A stretch of DNA of 61,561 nucleotides, filler included, from Choristocarpus tenellus KU-1152 (lineage: Eukaryota; Protista; Phaeophyceae), in assembly GCA_964200185.2 (NCBI GenBank). It is 11 parts of 11 records of this genome, joined end to end, with 100 filler letters (N's around TTAATTAATTAA, not from the genome) between each part and the next. Parts side by side here need not be neighbours in the genome. Positions count along the whole stretch, not along the records: positions 49,288 to 51,855 come from CAXNAD020026705.1; positions 51,956 to 56,183 come from CAXNAD020015585.1; positions 56,284 to 58,908 come from CAXNAD020026173.1; positions 59,009 to 61,561 come from CAXNAD020026833.1; 7 more parts are not named here. One strand, given 5' to 3'. A model generated the notes under the pieces. The model was not told where the DNA came from. It worked only from the letters and a program-made list of their open reading frames with translations, and made no database searches. Positions 49,366 through 61,479 of this stretch are shown in pieces; the stretch's first letter is position 1; every line of letters starts with the position of its first letter. Both the position numbers and the translations under genes were made by a program.

Positions 49366-50900
49366 TTTTGTCATCTGTCACATATGTACGATGTAAAACC
49401 AAGAATTCGTGTCCACCCATCTGTCTGTCTGCCTCTGCCTTCCAGTACCGGCTCCATAGAGTTGTATTTTCTCTTTGCAAGCTGTTGGAAGTTCTAGTTC
49501 TACTATTGTTAGTGGTATAGTTCATCCGTGGGACAAATATCAACACAATACCTTCGCCTCAACATATTAAGCTCCCTTCCGTACAAAAGAAGTCACACTG
49601 CAATGTCTTCTATCTTCCCCTGTGCAACACAAAACAACCTCGCGGGAGGAATCCAGCCTCTCCCAGAATGGCTTTCTCATTTTTGGAACAAGTATGCGCG
49701 AGTGCACAGAAAACCTGTACAAGAGGGCGAGAGCCAATACTGGAAACATACAGATACAGACAGTTATTGAGACGGACAGGAGTGACGTGGTTTTACACGA
49801 TACAAATGTGAGAGGGAGGGATCGAAAAGGTTGATTAAGGGTCCTTGAAGGAAGAGATAACAATAGATAAGAGTCTGTAGAAAGTGTGTGTGTGTGCAAG
49901 AACTTAACTTAGATACTCTGAAGTTCACACTTAAGAATATCATGTGCCCCTTTTCTTGAGCCAATTGTGTTCCTTGGTGCTGGAGCTGATCCTTTATTGT
50001 GGCTTTGTTTTCTGCTTAAATGTTCTTATCTCGGTCTGTGGTCTTTGTTGAAACATTCGTATACCGCTGACTACCTGCTCGGTAGCTCAGGGGTTTACTA
50101 ATGTTTGAACAGTCTTGACTGATACATCTACCAATTTTTGTTTCATATATATGTGATAGCAACAACCTTCCTGCCAAGGTATACCTTTGAAGTGCCTTTG
50201 GTTTAGAAGTTACACCTCAGAGTTGTGTTTCCTTGTATGACAATACCACTGCTTCCTGATGACACGAATATGGGGTTTTGAATGGAGCATACAAACCATC
50301 TCAATTGACTCGTCTTGTCACTCCTTTCCCGAGTGACCTTCTGAGGCCCATTCACCCTCTCGCCTTGTCTCTCCCTTCGATTCCTCCTGTGAGTCTTCTC
50401 CCTCCTGTTTAATCAAAATAACCCGTTTCTTGGTTTTCACCTGGTTCACAGATACTTCCAATTTCCTTTTCTACTCTCATTTCCATTGGCTCACTGACCA
50501 TGGGTTCGAGTCTGGTGGAGTTCCCTTCGTGTTGGAAAATCTGTCCCGATTGTTCTTTCTTACTTTGGCGTATCAAAGACAACGAAAGTATAACATAAGT
50601 CCATTCATACATCCAACCTATATATCTATCGATCGATGTACCTATCAAGCTATCAATGAAAAGAGTAATTAATCTATGAATAAACTCATAAAGATATCAA
50701 GCCATCAAGTCATCTGTGTATGGATTAATCCTTGGATCAGAATGCGTAAGGAACAACAAATTGACAAAAAAAAATTAAGGTTTGTACGAAGTTTGAATAC
50801 TCCCTCATAAACATCGACTACAACATATACATCCAATGTGAAACCCATCCATCCTAACAGGAACCCACCACCTAGTCTTGTCCCATAACTTACTCAAGGT

Positions 50901-51716
50901 ATGCTGAAAGAACAGTGCCATAACGTGCTAGGCCTTGTGGCTAGTTCTGCTTTTGTTCGGTCTGAGTGTATTGGTCACCTTCAGTTCACCAGTTTAGGCA
51001 TTTGCAATGAGTGTCGCAAGGGGGTAAGGTTTCATTTGCACGTTACGTTGGAGACATCACCTGATGTTCTTGCAAGTTTTGGACTACTGTTGGAGAGCAA
51101 GAGGAATCGATCATTACGTATCCCTTCTCTTTGTACCCACGGATTGAAGTGGAATCTCAGTAACCTGACCTTGGAGAAAAATGCAAGGCAGTCTGTCATC
51201 ATTGTTGGTTTGCCGACCGACATCCGACAACTGACCTTCGGCAACTGGTTCAATATCCCACTAGATGGAGTATTGTGGCCGTTACGACCCCAGCAGTTAA
51301 CCTTTGGCCATGACTTCAATCATGCAGTGGATGAGGTACAGTGGCCAACGGGGCTGCAGATGCTATCATTCGGCAATGGATTCAATCGAGCAGTTGACGG
51401 AGTGAAATGGCCTTCTGGGCTTCGACAGCTGACCTTTGGAGATACCTACAATCAGGCAGTGGATGAGGTTAGGTGGCCAACAGGTCTCCAGCAGCTATAC
51501 TTAGGAGATTATTTTTATCAAGACATTTCAGGGGTGGAGTGGTCGGAGGGACTCCAGCAGCTATACTTAGGATTTTCTCTTAATCAAGACATCTCAGGGG
51601 TGAGGTGTCCAACAGGTCTCCGTTCGTTGACGTTTGAATGTGTCTTTGGCTCAAAGTATCTGGAGGGGGTGGTGGCTATCCATTTGGGGTCAATTTTTTC
51701 ATGTCGCGATTTTTAG
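50901..51716 (+). CDS. FNIP-repeat protein, intronless ORF, truncated by a MITE insertion at 51648
   Basis: About 6.5 tandem 22-aa units of WPxGLxxLxFGxxFNxxxxxVx. The last 22 aa (GSKYLEG...) are read from the MITE. Confidence 0.88.
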   Translation: MLKEQCHNVLGLVASSAFVRSECIGHLQFTSLGICNECRKGVRFHLHVTLETSPDVLASFGLLLESKRNRSLRIPSLCTHGLKWNLSNLTLEKNARQSVIIVGLPTDIRQLTFGNWFNIPLDGVLWPLRPQQLTFGHDFNHAVDEVQWPTGLQMLSFGNGFNRAVDGVKWPSGLRQLTFGDTYNQAVDEVRWPTGLQQLYLGDYFYQDISGVEWSEGLQQLYLGFSLNQDISGVRCPTGLRSLTFECVFGSKYLEGVVAIHLGSIFSCRDF

Positions 51717-51811
51717 GTGATTTGGTTGCATACGTCGGATGGATAATACAAGTGTACTTTTCTTGATTTTGACTCAAATGGACACCCTGGTATAGACGCC
51801 CCCCCCCCCCC
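51648..51811 (+). mobile_element. MITE subfamily B1 inserted in the FNIP ORF
   Basis: GGCTCAAAGTATCTGGAGGGGG...AAATGGACACCCTGG...poly-C; right TIR missing. Confidence 0.9.
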
Positions 51812-51987
51812 CAATGAATTGAGAGGTCACACTAAGACTAGTACAAATAATACTGNNNNNNNNNNNNNNNNNNNNNNNNNNNNNNNNNNNNNNNNNNNNT
51901 TAATTAATTAANNNNNNNNNNNNNNNNNNNNNNNNNNNNNNNNNNNNNNNNNNNNATTGGGACGATGGTCGGTTCTAAGGCTCTCGG

Positions 51988-52245
51988 CAGGCAGGGAGGG
52001 AGGGAGGGAGGGAGGGAGGGAGGGAGGGGGTGTTGAGTGTAAGGCTTTTCGCTAGTATCTGTAGCGTATGGTGCATAGTAGATGGTAGTGTACTTAGTTG
52101 AAGTTCAGACCTGAGGTATGGCATACAATACAATAGAAAGAGTTGATACCCCTTCTCCTCCTCCCTCTTACATCGAAAGGTAGATATATTTATTTTTATT
52201 GTGGATTTTTTTCTGGTTTTGCAACTACTGTCAACGTGTTCAAAG

Positions 52246-52276
<31 letters not shown>

Positions 52277-52513
52277 TGTATGTATGTATATATTTATTTA
52301 TATTTATGTTTATGTTTATGTGTAGTTTGTTCCCCTTTGCCACCGAATACACAATACGTACGTACAGGTATACATACTATTTACGTATTGTCCTCTCTGA
52401 GTAATTTTAAATATTTTTGTGTTATTGTTCTTATTATTCTTATTGTTAAAGCGTTCTCTCCTCTCCTTTGGTACGCCACTCCATAGCCGTAGCCGTAGCC
52501 GTAGCCGTAGCCA
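51988..52513 (+). repeat. Microsatellite cluster (GGGA)n, (TATG)n, (GCCGTA)n
   Basis: Direct reading. Confidence 0.9.
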
Positions 52514-52666
52514 TTTTATTTTATATTATATTGTATTGTATTGTGCGTACCGTAATACCACGTGCGTTTTATTTTTTTAATATATATATATATAAATATG
52601 TAATCATTTAACTTTTGCCACTTTTTGTTTTATTTTTATTTTTATTTTATTTTATTTTTTGAGAAG

Positions 52667-52779
52667 AGAGCACCGATATCCTTAGCCTGAGTGACAAGGA
52701 GGTCCCGTGGACTTTAGTGGTGACTAGGATGAAGACAAGAGGACGAGTGGCATGCATCAAGAAGTGGGAGCAACTCCAG
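52667..52779 (+). CDS. Exon encoding part of a Myb/SANT repeat (Reb1/TTF1/DMTF1-like)
   Basis: After a long T-rich tract: STDILSLSDKEVPWTLVVTRMKTRGRVACIKKWEQLQ, then GTGAAG. The W..V...M.TR....C..KW pattern fits Myb helices 2-3. Acceptor position approximate. Confidence 0.65.
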
Positions 52780-53434
52780 GTGAAGACAAGAAGACAGACG
52801 GATGGATGGAAAATATATGACATACGTCATACGATCGATCGGATGCCTGCATGCCTGACAAGTTATTTGTACAGTGTGTTGTGAGGAAGTAAAGGTGTAC
52901 ATACAGCAGTGATTGATTCGAGGAAGTACCTTCTCTCTTTTTCTTTTTTCTTTTTTTCTTTTTTCTAAGTAGGTTTTGGAATGCGGCGGTTGTAAGTTCT
53001 GTGAAAAAGGAGTGTGTGAGATGAGAGCGTGTATTTCAGAGTAAGCTTGTGTTACAAGTGCAATAATGATATTGTTATTATTATTATTATTATTAATAGT
53101 AATAAGTGCAATAATGATATTATTATTATTATTATTAATAATAATATATAAAATATTAATAGAACTTGTGGGGGATAGGGGAGTGTGAATTGGTCTGTGC
53201 ATGATGTCATTTTTATTGTTATTTGTTTGAATAATAATAAGTTTATGGGCTATAGTGTTGGGGGGTTAGCGGGTAGACAAGGTTGTAGAGAAAAATGCCA
53301 CTATAGTTATTTTATTATTATTATTATTATTATCGTTATCAATTCTTGTTAGAATTAAAAAATAAAGTGGGATACGGGAGGGGTAACTGTCACTCACGTA
53401 TTTTCAATCAAAACAATCACCATTTGATACAAGT

Positions 53435-53461
53435 GGGTTAGGGTTAGGGTTAGGGTTAGGG
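53435..53461 (+). repeat. Interstitial telomere-like (TTAGGG)4
   Basis: GGGTTAGGGTTAGGGTTAGGGTTAGGG. Confidence 0.85.
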
Positions 53462-53606
53462 TATCATTCGATTTATACCTCACCAAACAGAACAAACATG
53501 TACGACCTCAGACCTAACTGTGGTAGTTCTCTCTCTGTACTTAAGTAACTGCTGAAGTATCTATTTCTGGTGGAGGAACGAGTTATGGTTGGATCCTTTG
53601 CATAAA

Positions 53607-53678
53607 ATTAGTATACTGATAAGTATACTGATTAGTATATTGATTAGTATATTGATTAGTATATTGATTAGTATATTG
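53607..53678 (+). repeat. 12-bp minisatellite ATTAGTATAYTG x6
   Basis: Direct reading. Confidence 0.9.
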
Positions 53679-55054
53679 CAATCCTCGTGAAGGGAGTAAA
53701 TGCAGATTAGAGTTCATTGATTGGTTAGATGATTAGTTGGTTGAGTTGGTTAACTATGAAAGAAATCACACACAATCATGATTTTACTCAATATGTGCTT
53801 CGAGAATCAAATGCTTGTGTGCGAGGGTTGAAGAATTGATGAAAATATGAAAAAAATATATATATAGATACAAAAAATATATATTCTCCCCAGGAGACTC
53901 GTGCCACATATCATGTACCACAAATCGTATACTGAGTGCAAAAAAACTCAATGTTGAGTGAATGATGTACAGATCCCGACTTGTCCATGTCACTCACTGC
54001 TTTATCCCTTTATCAACATTTGTAAGTGATTTGTCCCTCATGTGTCGTGTGAGAAGACAATTGTGTATCAGTGATCTGCCCCTCCCTCTCCTCAATGAAC
54101 AAAACTCATGTCCTGATTTATCAGGAAAGAACAATCGTGGTTTAACACAAGTCTAACGTGGTTTAACATTTTATAGGAAAAAAAGGAACAGTGCACAAAT
54201 CTTAGAATCTTAGATTCGTATTACTGTTGTCGCGCAGAGTCAGCACTTGGTTCCATTGTTGTTCTATGATACTATAAATAACAGGTAGTTGTCACCCCCC
54301 TTTCCTATATACTGACAGGCGTTCAAAAGCTCCAGTATGGTCATGCTGGGTAACATCACGCCTGAAGGATGTCATGCTGGGGTATCTTAATTATCTCTTT
54401 TTAGCTGAAAACATGTAAATTTATATACTATTCTGTATAGCATGGTCAGTGTTAATACTTTTGCATAATGGTATCACTCACCCATCTATGAAACCTGTAG
54501 AAATAGTTGTAGTGCCACTCACCTATCTATCAAATATGTACTGTCAAGGGGCCTGGTTCTGTGTAATGGATATGATGAGAACCACCAGAGATGAGGTTCA
54601 GAAAGGAAGTGAGAGATGAGATCGATTCGCGCTGGGCACATGTTGACAGTTTCAGAGTGACATGTAGATCAATCTCCACTGTGATTGGTTGGGACCAGTC
54701 AGAACAGAAAACACAATATCAGGATTTGTTGGTTTTGAATCCACCGTTCATGTTGGGGTTACTGCAAGCTGTTTGTGCATCTGGCCCACGCCACCTCCCC
54801 TCGGCTAGCCTCAGTGGCGAAAGATGAAGTGCAGAAGTGTGTGCGAGTGACTACACGTATTATCCCTTGTCAGTGTTGGGAAATCCCGAAAAGGTGACCT
54901 GTCCCTGACAGTACAAGTATTTGTGGTGTCACTTGCCCATCTGTGAAAAATGCATACATGATTCCCCCTGGTATGAATACATAGATATGAATCGCTCTGC
55001 AATGATTGTAATGATTGCAATCATTTCTTCCCGACGGGACAGTTTGTACAAGTG

Positions 55055-55135
<81 letters not shown>

Positions 55136-55149
55136 AACACAACACACAC
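55055..55149 (+). repeat. (CA)n microsatellite
   Basis: Direct reading. Confidence 0.95.
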
Positions 55150-55804
55150 GGCGCTTTGATTCGTCAACATCTATCTCATCGTCATCGTATTGTTGGAAGG
55201 TTTGTCCCACGTCACTCTCAGAAATGTGAATGGGTACCAGCGATTGAGATCTACAGGTGGGAGAGTAAACGCAAGAGTGTTTGATTGGTGAGGGTGTGTT
55301 AAAAGTATCGCCCAAGTCATGAAAAATAATAAAAGTGGTAAAACACAGGGAGATTGCTTGATGTCTGTAGAGCGATTGATTAACGTTTAGTGGGGTATGC
55401 AGCACCCCAATAAAATCATAAATATTTTCTTTTTAAATGAGAAATGTTCTCTCACTCCATAAAATCATAAATATTTTTTATCAGGACTGTCCGATAGAGT
55501 TGGAAGAGTCTAATTGAACACCCTCCCTATCTCAGACAACTCTTGAGAACTGACAAGATACAATTGTGGATCCTAAGGGACTCCTCAGGGTCAATCCTGT
55601 ATGAGAAGAACACAACCAGCTACTGAACTCACTGAAAAAAGAAATCCAAATTCGGCAAGAAACAAACCACTAGATATAGTCTAAATTCAGCAAAGCCCCT
55701 GCATGCTGCTCATCTGAGTTAACATGAACAGTCCTTATTTGTCCATTTGCTACCAAGTCCCTTAGGAAATGATGTCGCACATCTACATGCTTAGTCCTTC
55801 CAGG

Positions 55805-56130
55805 ACTCCAAGGGACGTGAGAGTTGGGCCTAACATATCGGAAAGGCACAGGATTGGACTTGATGACCTACGCTGATGCGGGTTTTGGCAATGAGACTTT
55901 TGGCAAAAGTTCTGTATCAGGAGGGGTAGTGATGTGTGGGGGAGCAGCAGTTGCTTGACTTTCTAGGACCCAACGTGTCATGGTACAGTCGAGTGCAGAG
56001 GCAGAGTAAATAGTCAAGGGGGACTGTGTGAAGGAGTTGTTGTTTCTGCGAGGTCTGTTGGAGTTGCTTACAACACCATAGGACAGGGTCATGTTATGTA
56101 GTGTATGATGATATAACACAGGACCCATCC
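55805..56130 (+). pseudogene. Ty1/Copia RT end and RNase H relic
   Basis: LQGT*ELGLTY...TYADAGFG...SSVSGGVVMCGGAAVA*LSRTQRVMVQSSAEAE*I...VKELLFLRGLL. Confidence 0.9.
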
Positions 56131-57330
56131 ATTAGTTAAGTTAAGTTAGCGTAATGGATGGGTCCTGTGTTAGCCTCATACACNNNNNNNNNNNNNNNNN
56201 NNNNNNNNNNNNNNNNNNNNNNNNNNNTTAATTAATTAANNNNNNNNNNNNNNNNNNNNNNNNNNNNNNNNNNNNNNNNNNNNACGATTAATTGCTACAA
56301 AAACGATATTGTACCACATCAATTCTGTGCCGCTTTTTTTTTGTATGCCCATGGGTGAACAAAATCGAGGTAGGTACTGTATTTGTTTTTGTATTGAGTA
56401 TTTCACTCCCATTTCTTAACAGAAGAATGTGTTTCTTTTTCGATCAACATTCTGGCATACTACTGTTTATTTGTGTGATCAAAATAATATTATTCCATCA
56501 AAAATGTTCAGAATTTGATAAATCTCAAATCAATCTATTTCACATCTTGCGAGTGTTGGGGAAGAGATTTATCTTTTTTGTATTTCGTTTACATGTATTG
56601 TATTTGGGGTTTTTCGACTACGTACTTTATTCGGAACTATTATGATAACAATAGAATATGATTCTTTCTTCGGACTATATATACATCTTTTTAATCAAAA
56701 TTGTAGGATAGTAATGTTTTGATTAGTTGGCACTCAAATAGACTAACTAATGATGCACTTGAGCAACAAATAAATGTCTCAGTTACGCTTTTTTAATATC
56801 CAGTTATTTTCCCTTGCAGTAGTGAGCAATGTTGCTACAGATTGCCACTCAGATAGGCTAAGTAAAGAAAGACATGGGCAACACCTGCCTACACGAGATC
56901 CTTATAATTTTTCTTGGGGATCTGACCCAGAATTGAACAACCAACCAAGTTGTCACTCTCAAACCGGCGACTTGATGATGCATTTGAACATCGTCTCAAT
57001 CACATCTTTCTAACAATTCTTTGGGCTCCAATCCCGCAGTGAGAAAATCTACAATGGTTGATCACTCAAAATGGGCAAATTACAATCCACTGCCTCAGGC
57101 TCATTTTGTTAATGCAGATAACATCCTCAGTAGTGAAGCATTCTTCCAAATTTATTGGATCAGTGGGTGAAGACTTCGTAGCATCTTGAATGTGTTGCAC
57201 CAAATGAGTGTGTTGTTGGCCTACATCTGCAATTCAACATTACTACAAACACCCTTTTACTTTGCAGGTTTAATCTATTCGAGTATGGATTCCTCACAAA
57301 ATTGATGATGATTCAGTTTCACACATCACA

Positions 57331-58839
57331 GTGGATACACCAACTGACATCCTGGTCATTAGCTATCGTAACATGCAAGCTCATCTCACCCTTTGTTTTA
57401 CTCACCTCAGTCCTATACCAGATGGTGCCTTACATTTAGAAGGGGTTGGGGAAAGACCTTTGCAAATACATAGCTCAATTCAATTCCATTTAACCTTGGG
57501 AAATAAAACACTACCTGTTCAAGGAGTTGTTTTACCCTCCCTAGGTGTCGACAAAATACTTTTGGACAACAATAGTATCATCATGGCTGCTTTTGGAGCG
57601 ACGTTGGATTGGGATAGAGAAGAACTAACATTTTCTGGGAGCACAGTTCGCATTCCTGTCACTCATAAAATTTCTCATGTACTCATTTTTTATCCACCAT
57701 CAGTCAAAATACTGTTCAAACCTTCTCAACAGATATGACAGTGGCTACACTTTCAACTGAGTTTACCATACCTGTACATGTAAGACATAAACCATATTTA
57801 TCCCTGGGAACCGAAACTGTTGTTTCATTGTGTTCTCAGGTCTTACCTGGATCAGTCAAAGATGCTGTAGTGGAGCCAATTGTCAAGACGAGCATGGGTT
57901 TCATCAACCAGGAACATCAGGACTGGAAAGATATCATGGTCAGTCGGTCTTTAATTGTTTGGGAAGAGGATGGATCTTGCCTTGTCAAAAGCGCCAACCC
58001 TTCCAACCATAGAGTTAAGATACCTCCTCAATTTGTTGTAGGTCATATAGCACCAGTGGATCAAATTCACACCCTTTCTGAAGCACAGACCAGTACCATA
58101 GCGACTACTCCGAACACTCCAGAGGAGCTAAACAAGCCTGTGATGAGCTAAAAGAGGTTTTCGGTAAAAACGTCCCGGTAGACACAGTGTTATCTGACCT
58201 AATGAACAAGAAGAACTACTTGACCTTGTTGCTAAATATCGACCTGTATTTTCACTCACTTCTTGAGGAACTAGGCTGTTTCAATAATACCAGTGTTGAA
58301 TTTCCAATTAAACCAGGTACAGTTATTGTGAATCGTCCACCATATCGAACTGCACCCAAAATACGTGAAATAATCCGTAGTTGTGTGGAGGACATGGAAA
58401 ATCAGGGAATAATTCAACCCTCCTCAAGTCCTTGGGCGTCACTGGTAACCATAGTTTCAACACCTGATGCGTCTCCCCGATTCTATAGACTTTAGGCTCT
58501 CATTGAAAACAATTTTGGCACGTAACTCCTGGCCGTTACCATCTATGGAAGATTGTTTGGGTACACTAGGGGGAGAAAAATACCTGTCGTGTCTCAATGT
58601 TCAGTCAGTCTGCCTGCAACTACCCATCACCGATGCCAGCGAACACCAAAAAACTACCTTTGTCACTCCGGAAGGAAAATACGAATTCAAAAGGCTACCG
58701 TTTGGTGTTTCTAGCGCACCATGAAAACATTTTCGACTCTAGGACTGAGTATAGACTTACTCTTCTATCTTGATGACATTGTACTAGCCTCCACAACGTG
58801 GAACCATCATATCCAACTTCTTGAGAGCATATTGTCGTT
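57331..58839 (+). pseudogene. Ty3/Gypsy pol relic (protease and RT), cut by a MITE
   Basis: VDT protease-like start; PPYRTAPK, GIIQPSSSPWAS, WPLPSMEDCL, TTFVTPEGKYEFKRLPFGVSSAP, and a frameshifted YLDD-like TATCTTGATGACATT. Confidence 0.92.
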
Positions 58840-58908
58840 GGCTCAAAGTATCTAGGAGGGGCTGGCGGCTGTCCATTTGGGGTCAATTTTTTTATGTCGC
58901 AATTTTGG
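58840..58908 (+). mobile_element. MITE subfamily B1 left end inserted in the Gypsy RT
   Basis: GGCTCAAAGTATCTAGGAGGGGCTGGCGGCTGTCCATTTGGGGTC. Confidence 0.88.
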
Positions 58909-59008
58909 NNNNNNNNNNNNNNNNNNNNNNNNNNNNNNNNNNNNNNNNNNNNTTAATTAATTAANNNNNNNNNNNNNNNNNNNNNNNNNNNNNNNNNNNN
59001 NNNNNNNN

Positions 59009-59056
59009 CGTTTGTAGCCTCCCCGCGCCCCCCCCCCCCCCCAGATACTTTGGGCC
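59009..59056 (+). mobile_element. MITE B-type right end
   Basis: GTAGCCTCCCCG, poly-C, AGATACTTTGGGCC. Confidence 0.8.
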
Positions 59057-59420
59057 ATTGATAGAGGGTGAGGAGGTAGTCACGCAGTAGGACAGAGCGA
59101 CCCCCCATATGGGAAAAGACACGCTGCAGAAGCTCAACGGATCTGGGATGGAGGGGGGGTGGAACGTAAAGCTCGTAACACAGCCTGCACAGACACCTGA
59201 TCTAAACATCAACGACTTGGGGTTCTTTGGCATCCCTATAAGAGTAGACTTTGGAGGAAGCACTACAGCATGATAGATGACCTTTTGAAGGGGGTATGAA
59301 GAGCATGTACGGATGGCGCATACGACGCTACTTCAGAGAGGTGTCGCAGGGTCTCAATAGATGGTGCAATCAAGTTTTTTTAAGGGCCTAGAATGTAACG
59401 ATTTTGGGGTACACCATTTG
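59057..59420 (+). pseudogene. DD39D mariner transposase C-terminal catalytic relic
   Basis: VVTQ*DRATPH...GWNVKLVTQPAQTPDLNINDLGFF, matching the QQDNAxPH / QPxNSPDLNxxDLGFF signature; continues IDDLLKGV and ECNDF after frameshifts. Confidence 0.88.
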
Positions 59421-59899
59421 GGGTACACCACACCGGAACTAGCAAGAGGTGGCATGAGGGAAGTCTGCCAAGATCGGTCAGAATCCACAGAGGGGCTTTC
59501 AACATGGTCAATTGGTCGATTGATGGGCATGAGGAAAGCGGCGAAGGATGGTTTTCACATAAAACACATCAAGAAATCCAGCTTAAAAACCGTTGTTTCA
59601 TTGGAGGCGATATCAAGCAGCTACACCCTTAACGCCACAGACTTATGGGACAAGAGGGAGTATATAATAGCAAAGCACTCATCATCCAAGCCTTAATGCT
59701 GGTCTTAATAGAGATGAAAATCAAGTTCAAATATATACTGCTGAAGGTGTGTGCTGACTTCAGTCACAAATGGGACTCAGCAAAAAGAAAGATGGCCATT
59801 CTGGGATTGGTGCAGACATCTGTTGAACAATGCAAACAAGACCATGTCCAAGGCAAGACAAGACCGAGGCTGAGGATGGATGTCACCATATTTTGTAGA

Positions 59900-60330
59900 T
59901 ACAAGGACAGGTTTTAGTCCAAGGAAGAGGTGTAGGGCGGGTGGTGCCTTCCATTCTTACAAATGGGACTAGTACAAAAGCAAGCCCGAGAAGCTATGTT
60001 GAATTGGTGTAAAAATATTTTTCTAGTAAGAATACAAATATTCTGTAACATGGCATTGCCCCCTTCACATCACCCTGATAGAGTAGTTTCTACTGCTCTT
60101 CTTGAGGAAACACCGCTGCTCCTTGCAAAACACCAATATTCAAGACAATGAGGACAATCGCCCGGTGGATGTACACAAGAGTCCTGGAGCATTTCTGAAA
60201 CGGAATGATAATCTTCATCCTCCCGACAACAACTATATGGGATAAAAAACTCTTGGTCAACACAAAACGAACAATGCTCCAAAACACTTGGTGCAGCAGA
60301 CCCAGGGTTTTTTTGTACAGTCAACAAAAT
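59900..60330 (-). pseudogene. Possible second DIRS-type RT relic
   Basis: Ordered fragments PGSAAPSV, RTLVYI, LEKYFY...LLGLAF across frames; heavily decayed. Confidence 0.25.
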
Positions 60331-60566
60331 AGCATAATGCAGCAGAGGAAGTCATCACACTTATATAAACACAGGAATAGGTGTACCCCTCCAGATAGCA
60401 CCAAAGAAACAACGCATAACAAATTACCCAACATTAAAAGAGGCAAGGCATAATACAATTCCAACAAAAAACCACCAAGAAAGAGAAAAATTCCAGTCTC
60501 AGCCCTGGAACCTAATATACTACCCTCTCTCCCCTCCCCCCCCCACCCCCTTTCAACTTCCTCTCA

Positions 60567-60803
60567 TTATCCACCAAGCGCCACGCCCTCCAGGATACGT
60601 AGAGGCCCTTCATGGAGAAGTTCTTCCATCCCTAACCCTTCCTCTCCCTCACTCTTGCGGATTAGGAGGGAACCAAAGAAGCCCATACCGTTAACATCCA
60701 CTCCGCTGAACTCACGCTGTACCCTCGGCACGACCATCATCCACCGGCGTGTCAGTAGAACATTGTATGACGGGAGGGTGGCGGTCATAGAAGTGGAATC
60801 TCC
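60567..60803 (-). CDS. Terminal exon of an Ap4A phosphorylase / ATP adenylyltransferase (Apa1/Apa2 family)
   Basis: SYNVLLTRRWMMVVPR...VDVNGMGFFGSLLIR...GPLRILEGVA, the C-terminal signature of the family. Acceptor TGCAG precedes 60803; the upstream poly-Q/poly-P part of the ORF is intron. Confidence 0.85.
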   Translation of the reverse strand, partial: GDSTSMTATLPSYNVLLTRRWMMVVPRVQREFSGVDVNGMGFFGSLLIRKSEGEEGLGMEELLHEGPLRILEGVALGG

Positions 60804-61479
60804 CTGCATTGCAATAGCACCAGTGAAGCAGGAGGATTTAAGAAAGGGTGGAAGGAGAGGGGGAGGGGGAGGGGGAGGGGGAGGGGGGGATACCATTTGA
60901 TGCGGTTGTCGAGTCAAAGCAAGCAAGAGGTACCCGGAGTTGCATTTTGAGGATGTAGACAAGTACGTGCAGAATTCGAGTTTTTGTTGTTGTTGTTGTT
61001 GTTGTTGTTTGTTTGTTTTTTTGTTGTATAGGTGTGTGTCGGAAGACATATCCCGAATTAGTTCAAAAAGTTTCAAAAAGTTTCAAAAAGTTTCAAAACA
61101 CCAACAGAAATCAACCCTCTCGAGTCAAACTTAGCACTTCAATATCATCAACAGAAATAATACGAAAAATATGTGTGAATCGAAAAAAGGTTTGAAAAAC
61201 CGGCTTAATAATGGAAAAAAAAATGACCAAAAACTGGGTGTACCTTCTCTTTCGTATACCTTTACTCCGTACTACAGGGTGCATCAGACTTACACCTATT
61301 ATTGAATCAAGCAGATGGAGGGGTAGGAGAAACGGCATATAAAAAGCAACAATCAGGACCTCATGTATGTATATTTCCTTCAGAAAACAATAAGAATGAT
61401 ACCACGCAATTGTCTCTCCTCCAGAACTCTAACGTATGTTTTCTCAGAGTCAAGGCAACACATCAAATTTCAAGCTCTG

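Noticed and set aside
49690-49810. Exon-like segment MRECTENLYKRARANTG...
   Set aside because: Plausible splice signals exist on both strands and no family is recognised.
50480-50525. B-box-like GGGTTCGAGTC as a tRNA gene
   Set aside because: No properly spaced A box or cloverleaf.
60804-61076. Poly-Q/poly-P N-terminus on the Ap4A phosphorylase ORF
   Set aside because: Intronic (CAA)n and poly-C tracts upstream of the acceptor.
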